NCBI GenBank assembly: GCA_047602425.1 | Contig: JASGHG010000001.1 | Coordinates: 4,096,001-4,160,000 of the forward strand | DNA length: 64,000 nucleotides | From: Nibricoccus sp. | GTDB lineage: Bacteria; Verrucomicrobiota; Verrucomicrobiia; Opitutales; Opitutaceae | Direction: 5' to 3' | Shown: positions 31,118 to 39,600 of the stretch, piece after piece | Layout of the letters: every line of letters starts with the position of its first letter | Position numbering within the stretch: the first letter of the stretch is position 1 | The notes under the pieces: generated by a model | Told to the model about the DNA's origin: nothing | Seen by the model: the letters and a program-made list of their open reading frames with translations, nothing else | The model's database searches: none | Program-made: the position numbers and the translations under genes

Positions 31118-31651
31118 TCACCACTGGGAAGAGTTGCGTTTGGGCGACTGAGGCCTCGTGGAAGTTAATCTGCGCAGACGGGCAACGACCGACGCGGCGG
31201 GATCGGCTTTTGCCTGGAGCAGCATCGCGGCGACGGGTTTCCGATACTTCGGATCCTTTTGAAATTCGGATAACACCGAGATTGCCCATGCCCGAATCAT
31301 GGGACGCCGATTGGAAAAACATTCCACGAAGTAGGGATAGACTGCGTCGCGCACCGTGTGAGGACAGCCAGTCCCGGCGAAGAGCTGGCAGAGGTTCAAT
31401 CGCGACGCCCAATGTGTCATTTCCTCGGCGCAAAGCGCGAGGCGTTCGAGATCGGCTTCGCTTAATTTTCCCTCAAGAGCGTGTCGCTTGAGCAACCACA
31501 CCGCCCGCCATGCGATATCAGCATCCAGTTGTCGCATCGCACTAATCGCTCCGGTGACGAAATCTGAATCGTCGTGATGGACAGCGTAAATTCGTTCGAG
31601 CGCGCCGACTTTTAGAGAGTCTTTTGCTAGCAAATCGAGCAGGTTGTTCAT
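31118..31651 (-). CDS. Hypothetical HEAT/ARM-like helical protein
   Basis: AWRAVWLLK, MIRAWAISVL, DPAASVVARLR helical repeats; start ATG 31651. Confidence 0.65.
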   Translation of the reverse strand: MNNLLDLLAKDSLKVGALERIYAVHHDDSDFVTGAISAMRQLDADIAWRAVWLLKRHALEGKLSEADLERLALCAEEMTHWASRLNLCQLFAGTGCPHTVRDAVYPYFVECFSNRRPMIRAWAISVLSEFQKDPKYRKPVAAMLLQAKADPAASVVARLRRLTSTRPQSPKRNSSQW

Positions 31652-31798
31652 AGCCGTGAGCCTTGGTGCATGACCAAATGGTTGCAGCGTTGTGCTGCGA
31701 CCCTGCTTCTTTCGCGACGGCGGCGCAAGCAATCTCAAATCGGCTAACACGCATCACATGGTGTTTCACGGCGGAACCCGTTATTCTACCGACACCCT

Positions 31799-33832
31799 AT
31801 GCTCCACCAGCTTTCACGCTCCTGTTTCCGTCTCATTGTTCTCATGTCGCTCGTGGTCGTCCGACTGCCGGCACAGACGGCCACGTTGAGCATCGATGTC
31901 ACGCAATCCATCCGCGTTGTCGATGAACGCGTGTTCGGCATCAATGCCACGATGTGGGATGGTCAGGCCGGGAGCGCGCAAACCATCTCGCTGGTTGCAG
32001 CCGCGGGCATTCGCACGATTCGCATACCGGGTGGCTCCCTTTCCGACGAATATCATTGGCGGACGAATACCAATCTGGCCAATATGTGGACTTGGTCCTC
32101 GGGCTTCAACAATTTCTCAAACCTGATCACAGGAGTAAACGCCCGGACCTTCGTCACCGTCAACTACGGCACGGGCACACCGGAGGAAGCCGCCGCCTGG
32201 GTCGCTTACGCCAACGCCAGTTCGAGCCTTCTCGGCACCGCATCCGACGTGGCCCTCGGTACCGACTCGAAGGGATACAACTGGCAGACCGCCGGCTACT
32301 GGTCGAACCTGCGAAACTCCCCAATGCTCGGCGCGAACGACGGCATGAATTTTTTGCGTGTCAGTCGGGCTACGCCTTACGGTTTGAAATATTGGGAAAT
32401 CGGCAATGAATGCTACGGTACTTGGGAAACGGATCAACAGGCTGTCGCGCACGATCCCTACACCTACGCGACCCGTGCGAGGGACTACATTGCGAAAATG
32501 AAAGCCGTGGACCCGACGATCAAAGTCGGCGTCGTGGCCGTAGCGGGCGAGGATGAAAACGCCAACAACACCAATCATCCAGCGACAAATCCGCGCACCG
32601 GCGTCGTGCACAATGGCTGGACGCCCGTCATGCTCACCACGCTCAAGAACCTCGGCGTCACGCCCGATTTTCTGATCTACCACCGTTACGAACAGGCCCC
32701 CGCCGTGGATCAGCCCGGTAATCCCGAGGGCGACGCGAAGCTCCTGCAGTCCGCGCTGACCTGGCCGCAGGATGCGGCAAAATTGCGCCAGCAACTCACG
32801 GACTACCTCGGCGCCGCCGGCGCGAATGTGGAAATCGTCGTCACGGAAAACAACTCGGTCTACGCCAGTCCCGGCAAGCAGACCACGAGCCTCGTCAATG
32901 GATTGTTCCTTGCCGACAGCATCGGCAATGTATTGCAGACCGAATTCAACGCCCTCATCTGGTGGGCGCTTCGCAACGGTCCCTCGAATGGCAACAATAA
33001 CGCAGCCGCGCTGTATGGCTGGCGCAACTACGGCGACTACGGCATTCTCACCAATGTCCCCAGCCCCACCTTTGCAGGCGCTCCCACCACGGCTTACGAA
33101 CCATATCCTACCTACTATGTGATGAAGCTGCTCTCTTACTTTGCCCGTGGAGGCGACACGGTTGTGCGCGCGACGAGCACCAACACGCTTCTTTCGGCCT
33201 ACGCGGTCAAGGCCGCCGACGGTTCGCTGCGTCTGCTGGTGATCAACAAGGACCCGGTAAACACTTACACCGGCACGATCGGCCTCACGGGGTTTACGCC
33301 CGGCACGAATGCCACGCTCTACAGCTACGGCAAAACCCAGGATGACGCAGCCAAACCAACCGGCACCGGCTCGACCGACGTCTCAGTTTCGGCTCTGACC
33401 ATATCTGGCAGCAGTTTCAACACGACCTTCGCGTCCTACTCGGTCAACGTCATTTCCTTGCCGGCATCAACCGGTTCGTCGTCGAGCAGTTCCTCTTCGT
33501 CGAGTTCATCCTCCACCAGCAGTAGTTCGTCCTCTTCCAGTTCCTCATCGAGTTCTTCCAGTTCGTCGAGCAGTTCGTCATCCTCAGGTTCTTCCTCCGG
33601 CGTCGGGCCGAGCAGCGGTCCGACATCCGGCAGTGGCGGCGGCGGCGGACCGGGACTCTGGTATTTCGCCGCATTGGTTGCCGCGGCCGTGCGACACTTG
33701 AGGAAGTGCACATCTTCCCCGCGTAGCCCGGCAAGACGACCGGTCTCGAAACGAGAGCCACGGTCTCGCCGGTTTTCGTTGCTGGTTTATGTGGAAGAAT
33801 ATTGGCAGAAAAATCATCAAAACTGCCGTTAG
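31799..33832 (+). CDS. Secreted clan GH-A glycoside hydrolase (GH51-like arabinofuranosidase-related) with poly-Ser linker and Gly-rich sorting signal
   Basis: RIPGGSLSDEYHW, TVNYG, YWEIGNECYG, VTENN; Ser tract 33476-33598; GGGGGPGLWYFAALVAAAVRHLRK. Confidence 0.8.
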   Translation: MLHQLSRSCFRLIVLMSLVVVRLPAQTATLSIDVTQSIRVVDERVFGINATMWDGQAGSAQTISLVAAAGIRTIRIPGGSLSDEYHWRTNTNLANMWTWSSGFNNFSNLITGVNARTFVTVNYGTGTPEEAAAWVAYANASSSLLGTASDVALGTDSKGYNWQTAGYWSNLRNSPMLGANDGMNFLRVSRATPYGLKYWEIGNECYGTWETDQQAVAHDPYTYATRARDYIAKMKAVDPTIKVGVVAVAGEDENANNTNHPATNPRTGVVHNGWTPVMLTTLKNLGVTPDFLIYHRYEQAPAVDQPGNPEGDAKLLQSALTWPQDAAKLRQQLTDYLGAAGANVEIVVTENNSVYASPGKQTTSLVNGLFLADSIGNVLQTEFNALIWWALRNGPSNGNNNAAALYGWRNYGDYGILTNVPSPTFAGAPTTAYEPYPTYYVMKLLSYFARGGDTVVRATSTNTLLSAYAVKAADGSLRLLVINKDPVNTYTGTIGLTGFTPGTNATLYSYGKTQDDAAKPTGTGSTDVSVSALTISGSSFNTTFASYSVNVISLPASTGSSSSSSSSSSSSSTSSSSSSSSSSSSSSSSSSSSSSSGSSSGVGPSSGPTSGSGGGGGPGLWYFAALVAAAVRHLRKCTSSPRSPARRPVSKREPRSRRFSLLVYVEEYWQKNHQNCR

Positions 33833-33970
33833 GTCCAAAACCGCGATTGCCTAACTCACTGGAATCCCGTATCTCTAACGCCATCGCACCCCCTGGATCC
33901 GCCATGCGACCTCACAAAACTTCAATCCCTGATATGCCAACGCTTCGTCCGGCATAATACACTGTTCGGC
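33828..33970 (+). other. ORF-less integron-type mini-cassette / attC-like site
   Basis: Core GTTAGGT 33828-33834, complementary inverse core GCCTAAC 33849-33855, next core GTTCGGC 33964-33970; internal symmetry weak. Confidence 0.5.
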
Positions 33971-33972
33971 AA

Positions 33973-34305
33973 ATGAAAGGCGTCTCTATCGCGTCGCTAG
34001 TTTTCGCCGGGCTGCCGCTGGTCATTTATCCGGTAGTTGCGCTGGCGGATATTATGAGTCTCGCAGGACAGTCATCAGGCGCTGAATCTGTCATGTTGAG
34101 TGTCGTTGCTACGACCTGTCAGATCGGCTCGCTCCTGTATCCAGCCGTGTATTTCCTCTGCCTTGCATTGTACCGGAAGAAGATGAAGCAGGATGAGCAG
34201 AAAAGCGCTTTTTGGTTTAGCCTTACACCCATGGCAGTCCTCCTTTTTCTATTTGCGATGTTTTATCTGTGGTCACGCGTGGACCATACAGCATGGGCGC
34301 CTTAA
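33973..34305 (+). CDS. Gene-cassette-encoded small membrane protein (3 TM), unknown function
   Basis: ATG 2 nt after core GTTCGGC; stop 6 nt before exact inverse core GCCGAAC; low GC. Confidence 0.8.
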   Translation: MKGVSIASLVFAGLPLVIYPVVALADIMSLAGQSSGAESVMLSVVATTCQIGSLLYPAVYFLCLALYRKKMKQDEQKSAFWFSLTPMAVLLFLFAMFYLWSRVDHTAWAP

Positions 34306-34311
34306 GACGGA

Positions 34312-34326
34312 GCCGAACCAGGCGCT
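34312..34326 (+). other. attC site, left part (interrupted by IS110 element)
   Basis: GCCGAACCAGGCGCT; joins to 36085-36163 to give an imperfect hairpin. Confidence 0.8.
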
Positions 34327-34489
34327 CCCCTTTAGGTAAAATCAAGGGGTAAGTTTGATTTTGCCGTCAGGGGGGAGAGGGGCGAGTCCGAGAATGGGCC
34401 TCCAGCTCGTCGGAGGACGAGCCCCGGGGGGCAGGATGTAGCAGGTGGTTTTGGTTACATGAGATGGATATGGTTTTGGCGCTTTAACC

Positions 34490-34670
34490 AGGAGCCCGGT
34501 CCTCCGCGACGATCCCCATGAGTTGGTCCAGCTTTTGAGGGCTGGCCCGGACGATACTTAAAGGGCGGTAAGACCGGGAGGCCCGCCGTCGGGGCTTTAA
34601 AACATACAGTTGAGCATCAGCGAGGCTGTGCGGAACGGCTGGTGGCCCTCAAGCGGCGGGTTTCCCGGAA
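34490..34670 (-). ncRNA. Candidate bridge/seek RNA of the IS110 element
   Basis: Two stem-loops with similar scaffold; loop 1 segments match the attC target and loop 2 segments match the circle junction; ends approximate. Confidence 0.65.
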
Positions 34671-34712
34671 AAGCAAAAGTTAATGTCGGCTAAAATAGAT
34701 CAAGGAAGTGGT

Positions 34713-35978
34713 TTAGGCGGCGGAGCGGAAAACGCGCTTCGGGTCGAAGGGTTGGGGCGAGCGTTCAAGGCCGTGGAGCAGTTTGAGGAACTTGCGGGCG
34801 ACCGCGGTCATGGCTTTGCCGCCGCACATGCCGGTGTCGCGTTTGGCGTGGTAGTATTGCCCGTAGAGTTGTCCGTGCACGACGCGTTTGAGGACGGCTT
34901 GGGCGAGGACGTGGCGCAGGCGGGCGCGGCCGCGTTTGGCTTGGCGGAGCTGGCCTTGCATGGTGCCGCTTTGGCGGGGCCGCAGGTTGAGCCCGCCGTA
35001 GCGCCAGAGTTGGCGCACGTGGGCAAAGTCCCGGAGCGGTCCGGTCTCGGCGAGGACACGGGCGAGCATGAAGGGGCTGATCAGGTCGGGATGGGCTTGC
35101 AGGCGGGTGGCGCCGCGGGCGCGCAGGCGTTCGACCAGGGCGATCATTTGCTGGCGGGTGTTGGTTCGGCGGGTGCGCAGCACGGTGAGTTCGGCAAAGA
35201 GGGCGCGCAGGTCCTCGGCGAGCAGGGCCAGCCAGTCGGGGTCGGAGTCGATCAGGGCGCAGCGCTGGGCGTCGGCGAAGAGTCGCTGGATGGTCTTTGG
35301 GCCAACGTGGTGGTTGCGCAGTTTGGCGGTGCAGCGTTCCAGGCCGTCGGCGAGGATCGCGGCGGCGTTCAGGCCGTAGAGTGCGATCGTGGCTTGGGCG
35401 GCGCGGCCTTCGAAGAGCCAGTCGTTTTTAAAGCTCAATTCGGGGAAGAGCGAGAGGAGCAGTTTATGAATCCTGTTTTTACAGCGGGTGGAGTCGCGTT
35501 CGAGCCGGTCGTAGCGGGCGTTGAGTTCGCGCAGGAGCAGCCACTCGCCTTGGAGGGGACGATCGGTCAGGGTTTTGTTCCATTTGGCCAATAGTAAAAT
35601 CGTGCGGGGATCTTTGATGTCGCTTTTGCCGGTATCGTTGTTCTCGACCACTTGCATCTGGTGGACGGCTTCGCCGTTGACCAAGGCGGTGGCGCAGCCG
35701 AGTTGGCGGGCCGCGCGCAGCAGGCGCCGTTCGTATCCGCCGGTGGGTTCGCAGAGGATGCGCACGCCGCCAAGGCCGTGCTGGCGGGCGTGGGTGTTGA
35801 GTTGTTCCAGCCATGAGAGGATGGCCTCATTGCGATTGGCGATATGGCCTTGGTGCGCCTGGGCCCCGAGTTCACCGTACCAGTCCAGTGCTTTTTGCCC
35901 AACGTCGACGGCGATATCCCAGCGAGTTTCCGGTTGCCCGGAGTGCGTTCTGCCATTAAGTGCTTTGTTCGTTATCAT
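34713..35978 (-). CDS. IS110-family DEDD recombinase/transposase
   Basis: RuvC-like DIAVDV, CEPTGGY, KSDIKD; C-terminal LAETG..F, YGGL, RQSG catalytic Ser, KRG..LR, AVARK; ORF intact (421 aa). Confidence 0.95.
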   Translation of the reverse strand: MITNKALNGRTHSGQPETRWDIAVDVGQKALDWYGELGAQAHQGHIANRNEAILSWLEQLNTHARQHGLGGVRILCEPTGGYERRLLRAARQLGCATALVNGEAVHQMQVVENNDTGKSDIKDPRTILLLAKWNKTLTDRPLQGEWLLLRELNARYDRLERDSTRCKNRIHKLLLSLFPELSFKNDWLFEGRAAQATIALYGLNAAAILADGLERCTAKLRNHHVGPKTIQRLFADAQRCALIDSDPDWLALLAEDLRALFAELTVLRTRRTNTRQQMIALVERLRARGATRLQAHPDLISPFMLARVLAETGPLRDFAHVRQLWRYGGLNLRPRQSGTMQGQLRQAKRGRARLRHVLAQAVLKRVVHGQLYGQYYHAKRDTGMCGGKAMTAVARKFLKLLHGLERSPQPFDPKRVFRSAA

Positions 35979-36084
35979 TGTTAGATTGCGGCTCCGGCTA
36001 AGGAGTGCCGGTTACGTGCTTGTCACCGTCCAGTCCATGCCGGGGCCGCTTCCTTATGTTATCTCATCCGCCTATTAGTAGCAT

Positions 36085-36163
36085 ACAGCGCAACGCCTAT
36101 GATCGTCCATTTTCTTTTTATCCCTGCCCGCTGGTACGGCGTGGCTGACCTGTAACGTTGGCT
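36085..36163 (+). other. attC site, right part
   Basis: ACAGCGCAACGCC...GGCGTGGCTGACCTGTAACGTTGGCT; pairs ACGCC/GGCGT, CAGC/GCTG, CAGG/CCTG, AAC/GTT. Confidence 0.8.
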
Positions 36164-36175
36164 TAAAAACACGCT

Positions 36176-36457
36176 ATGCGCCTCGGACTGATTTTTATCG
36201 GTATCATACTTATCGTCGGGGGATTTTCCGGCATCAGGAACAACTCGACATATCGCTTATCCCGGACTTACAGCTCTCGTGAGCTTAGGAGTTTGCCGCG
36301 AGAAAAGTGGGGCGACCAGACGGACGATCCAGTGGTGAACTCGCAAGCGATAGGATGGTTAGCGATTGGGTCAGGATGCTTCATAGTGGTCGCGTCGGTT
36401 TCAGTAAGACGACTTCGTTTCCCGCGGGCCAACCAACAACGCTCCACTCGAGAATGA
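36176..36457 (+). CDS. Gene-cassette-encoded small membrane protein (2 TM), unknown function
   Basis: ATG 12 nt after core GTTGGCT; complementary GGCCAAC at 36427-36433 inside its 3' end. Confidence 0.65.
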   Translation: MRLGLIFIGIILIVGGFSGIRNNSTYRLSRTYSSRELRSLPREKWGDQTDDPVVNSQAIGWLAIGSGCFIVVASVSVRRLRFPRANQQRSTRE

Positions 36458-36601
36458 TCATGATGTCTTGTAGTAGCGGAAAGGGACGAACCAATGCCTG
36501 AGGCCAACGGGTAAGGGAAATAGTCGCGGAGAGGGCAGGCTTTGGCGAGCGAAGAGCGCTTACGGAAAGCGATGAGGTCAGGTTTTTTTTAACGGCTAAA
36601 T

Positions 36602-36640
36602 AAAGAAAAGGCCGCGGCTTCTGCCGCGGCCTTTCTTTTT
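36602..36640. terminator. Bidirectional Rho-independent terminator
   Basis: AAAGAAAAGGCCGCGGC-TTCT-GCCGCGGCCTTTCTTTTT. Confidence 0.88.
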
Positions 36641-36666
36641 GTTCCAAACCGAACGGTTTTGCCCGC

Positions 36667-39600
36667 TCAGAAATGACCTGAGTTTGTGTAGCTCACGCCT
36701 CCGGTCGTGTAGCTGATCGACCAGGTGTCTCCGGTGGAGATGTGCGTGGTTCCGTTGCCATTGGTCGCGGCGTGGAACTGTTTGTTCGTGCCGGCGCCCA
36801 GCGTCTGACCCGAGACGAGGGTGAAGGTATACACGAGACCGTTGTGCGCGTTCGTGATCTGCGAACCGATCGTGTTGTACATGCCGTTATAGACTACGCT
36901 TTGGGTGGGTTGAATGGTAATGGTCACGGTTAGGGCGGTGAGCGGCGACGTATTGGCCAGAACGAGTGATTGATCGTTGTACCAGCCGGAGAGGTTGTTG
37001 GTCACGGAGGCGGTGACACCTCCGCCGCCCGTGCCGCCGCTGCTGGAGGACGAACTCGACGAACTGGAGGAGGACGAACTGCTCGATGAGCTGGAGGAGC
37101 TTGATGACGAGGAACTGCTTGAAGAAGAACTGCTGCTGCTGCTTGATGAAGACGAGCTGCTGCTCGACGAGGAACTGCTCGAGGACGAGCCGCCCGAAGT
37201 ATTCACGGTGAGGGCAATCGTCGTCATGCGCGTGAGCGAGCCGCTGACGCCGGTGACCGTGACGTCGGCTGTGCCAAGGGTGGCGGTGCTACTGGCGGTG
37301 AAGGTGACGGTACTTGTACCTGTCGTTGGGTTCGTGCCGAAGGAGGCGGTGACACCGCTGGGAAGGCCGCTGGCGCTTAAGGTGACGCTGCTAGCGAAGC
37401 CATTCAATTTGTTCACCGTGATGGTCGACGTGGTGGTCGAACTGCGATTGACCGTTGCCGATGTCGGGTTGGCCGAAAGGGTGAAATCGGCGGTGGTGGT
37501 GGCGGTGGAGTAAACGATGCCGCGTCCGTTGGTACCGACGTAACAACGGCCATAGGTGTTGCGATCACCGGTGATGCAAAAGGAGAGGTTGCCGTACTGG
37601 TGAGCGTTGTCGTTGATGCGCGTCCACGAGGCGCCGGCGTTGTCGGATTGATAGATGCCCCAGACGCCGCCGATTTTGCCGGTCAGATAAATTGCCGGGT
37701 AGGTCTGTCCGGTCGCGGCTTTGCCGAACCCGATGGCGTAGGCAAGATCGACGTTGGAGAGCTTCGTAAAGCTCGCGCCAGAATTGGTCGAGTGCCAGAG
37801 ACCGCCCGTGGTGGGGGACGTCGCAACTTGTCCCGCCAGCCAGATATCGCCGGCGAGGCCGAAGACGGCTTTGAACTGTCCATAAGTTGGAAGACCGGTG
37901 GCGGCCGTGGCCGTGAAGGCTGCGCCATTGTTGGTGCTAACGTAGAACGTGCCGTTGAGGAAGCCATAGAACTTTCCGGCGGTGGCACGGTCGGAACGCA
38001 CGCTGGCGCTGGCGGGAATGCCGCTCGAAGCGGTCCAACTGGAGCCGCCCGTGGTGGTGTAGTAAACGCCGACACCGCCGGGGCTCCAGACGATGTTCTG
38101 GTTGTTGACGCAGGAAACGGCCGCCTGCCCGCCGCTGGTGATGCCGGAAGGTTGGGTGCTGGGCTCGTACCAGTTGGCGCCGCCGTCGTTGGAGAGGGCG
38201 ATGCTGCGACCGGGGTCGCCTAAAGTGGTGTTACCGCCATCGCCGGTGCGAACGAGGTTGGAAGGCGCGAGCTCCGAAAAGTCGATGCTGCGATTGGTGC
38301 CCCAAAGGAGTTTGTAGGTACTGGGTTGTACGGTAGTCAGGCTGGTGTGGTTGAAACCACCGATATCGGCGAGCGCGCTGAGCAAGGGAGAACCTGTGGG
38401 CGGACTGATCAGGTCGAGCACGGCGGTTTCCTCGATGCCGAGGACCATGGGCTTGACCGTGAATGTGGCCGTGGTGGCGGGATCCCAGTTGGTGAGATTC
38501 GTGCTGCCGTAGAGCGTGGCGCCGGTGCCGTAGAACATGCGGTTGGAGTTGAACGGATCGATTTGGATGTCGTCGACCATCCAACCGTATTTGAGCGCGG
38601 GCTCGGGGGCGGAGTAGTTGCCGGGTATGGTCAGCCAGGGAGTGACAGTGACGTCGAGAATGCCGCGACGCGACCAGTTGGGGTAACTCGTGTAGTCCCA
38701 AATCTGGCTCCAAGTGGTGCCGCCATTGGTGCTGCGCCAGATGCGGGTGTCGGGCCACCAAGAGTTGAGCGCGCTGACCATGACGGTGGTGGGGACTTGT
38801 TTATCGATGGTGAGGCCGCCGTAGCCGAAGTAGGCGTTGGACGTGTCGGTCGAAGGCACGGGGCTGATGCGTGTCCATACGCCCGTGGCGGTGGCGTACT
38901 TCCAAACATCGCCGAGGCTGCCGTCGTAGGGGCCGGCCTGATTATTGTAGGTCAGATAGAGAAAACCATTCACTGTATCTAAAACGCCGTGGTGCGGCAT
39001 GAAACCGGTGGGCTGACCGGCGACGCGGGTCCAGGACGTGCCGCCATTGGTGGACATGTAGAGGCCATTTTGCAGATCGGCGACGCCGACGTAGATCGTT
39101 TGGGTGGCGCCGCCGGCAGTGCCGGTGCGTTTGTCGAAGGTGACCCAGAGGACGCCGGGCGTGTGGTTGAGGTAGTCGTTGATGTCGCTGGCGGATTGCA
39201 CGTAATTGCCGGCGTTGGGGAAACTCGTGATCTTGCTCCACGTGACGGCGCCATCGGTGCTTTTCCAGAGTCCGTTGCCGTCGGAAGCGGCGTAATAAAG
39301 GATGTTGTCGTTGTTGGGATCGTATTGGAGACGTTCGCCCATGCCGCGGCCGGGCATGTTGCCGCCGATTTTGAATGGCATCTGCGTTTGTGACCACGTG
39401 GCGCCTTGATCGGAAGAGCGGAGCATCACGCCGTTGGAAGGATCCCACGTGTTGGTGTACATGCCGGCGGCAACAACGACCTTGTTGGCATTGAGCGGCG
39501 AGGCGGCGATGCTGGCGCAGCCGAGCAGATGCCAGTCGTCCCAACCGACCCAGTCCATGAGTGGGATCCAAGTGCTGGTGGCTTGATTCCAACGGTAAGC

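Larger units (their letters stand above)
34327..36084 (-). mobile_element. IS110-family insertion sequence (IS1111-like layout: long non-coding region downstream of the recombinase)
   Basis: Removing 34327-36084 restores a contiguous attC; no target duplication beyond a shared T; 386-bp 3' and 106-bp 5' non-coding ends; boundary uncertain by 1 nt. Confidence 0.88.

Noticed and set aside
34683..35594. 303-aa plus-strand ORF inside the IS
   Set aside because: Antisense shadow of the GC-rich recombinase gene; no recognisable motifs.
34327..36084. Terminal or sub-terminal inverted repeats and target-site duplication
   Set aside because: Only a 4-5 nt TAGG(Y) similarity between the ends and a single shared T; not convincing.
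36977..37513. Acidic Leu/Glu/Asp-rich ORFs (also 33436-33711)
   Set aside because: Reverse-strand reading of poly-Ser linkers.
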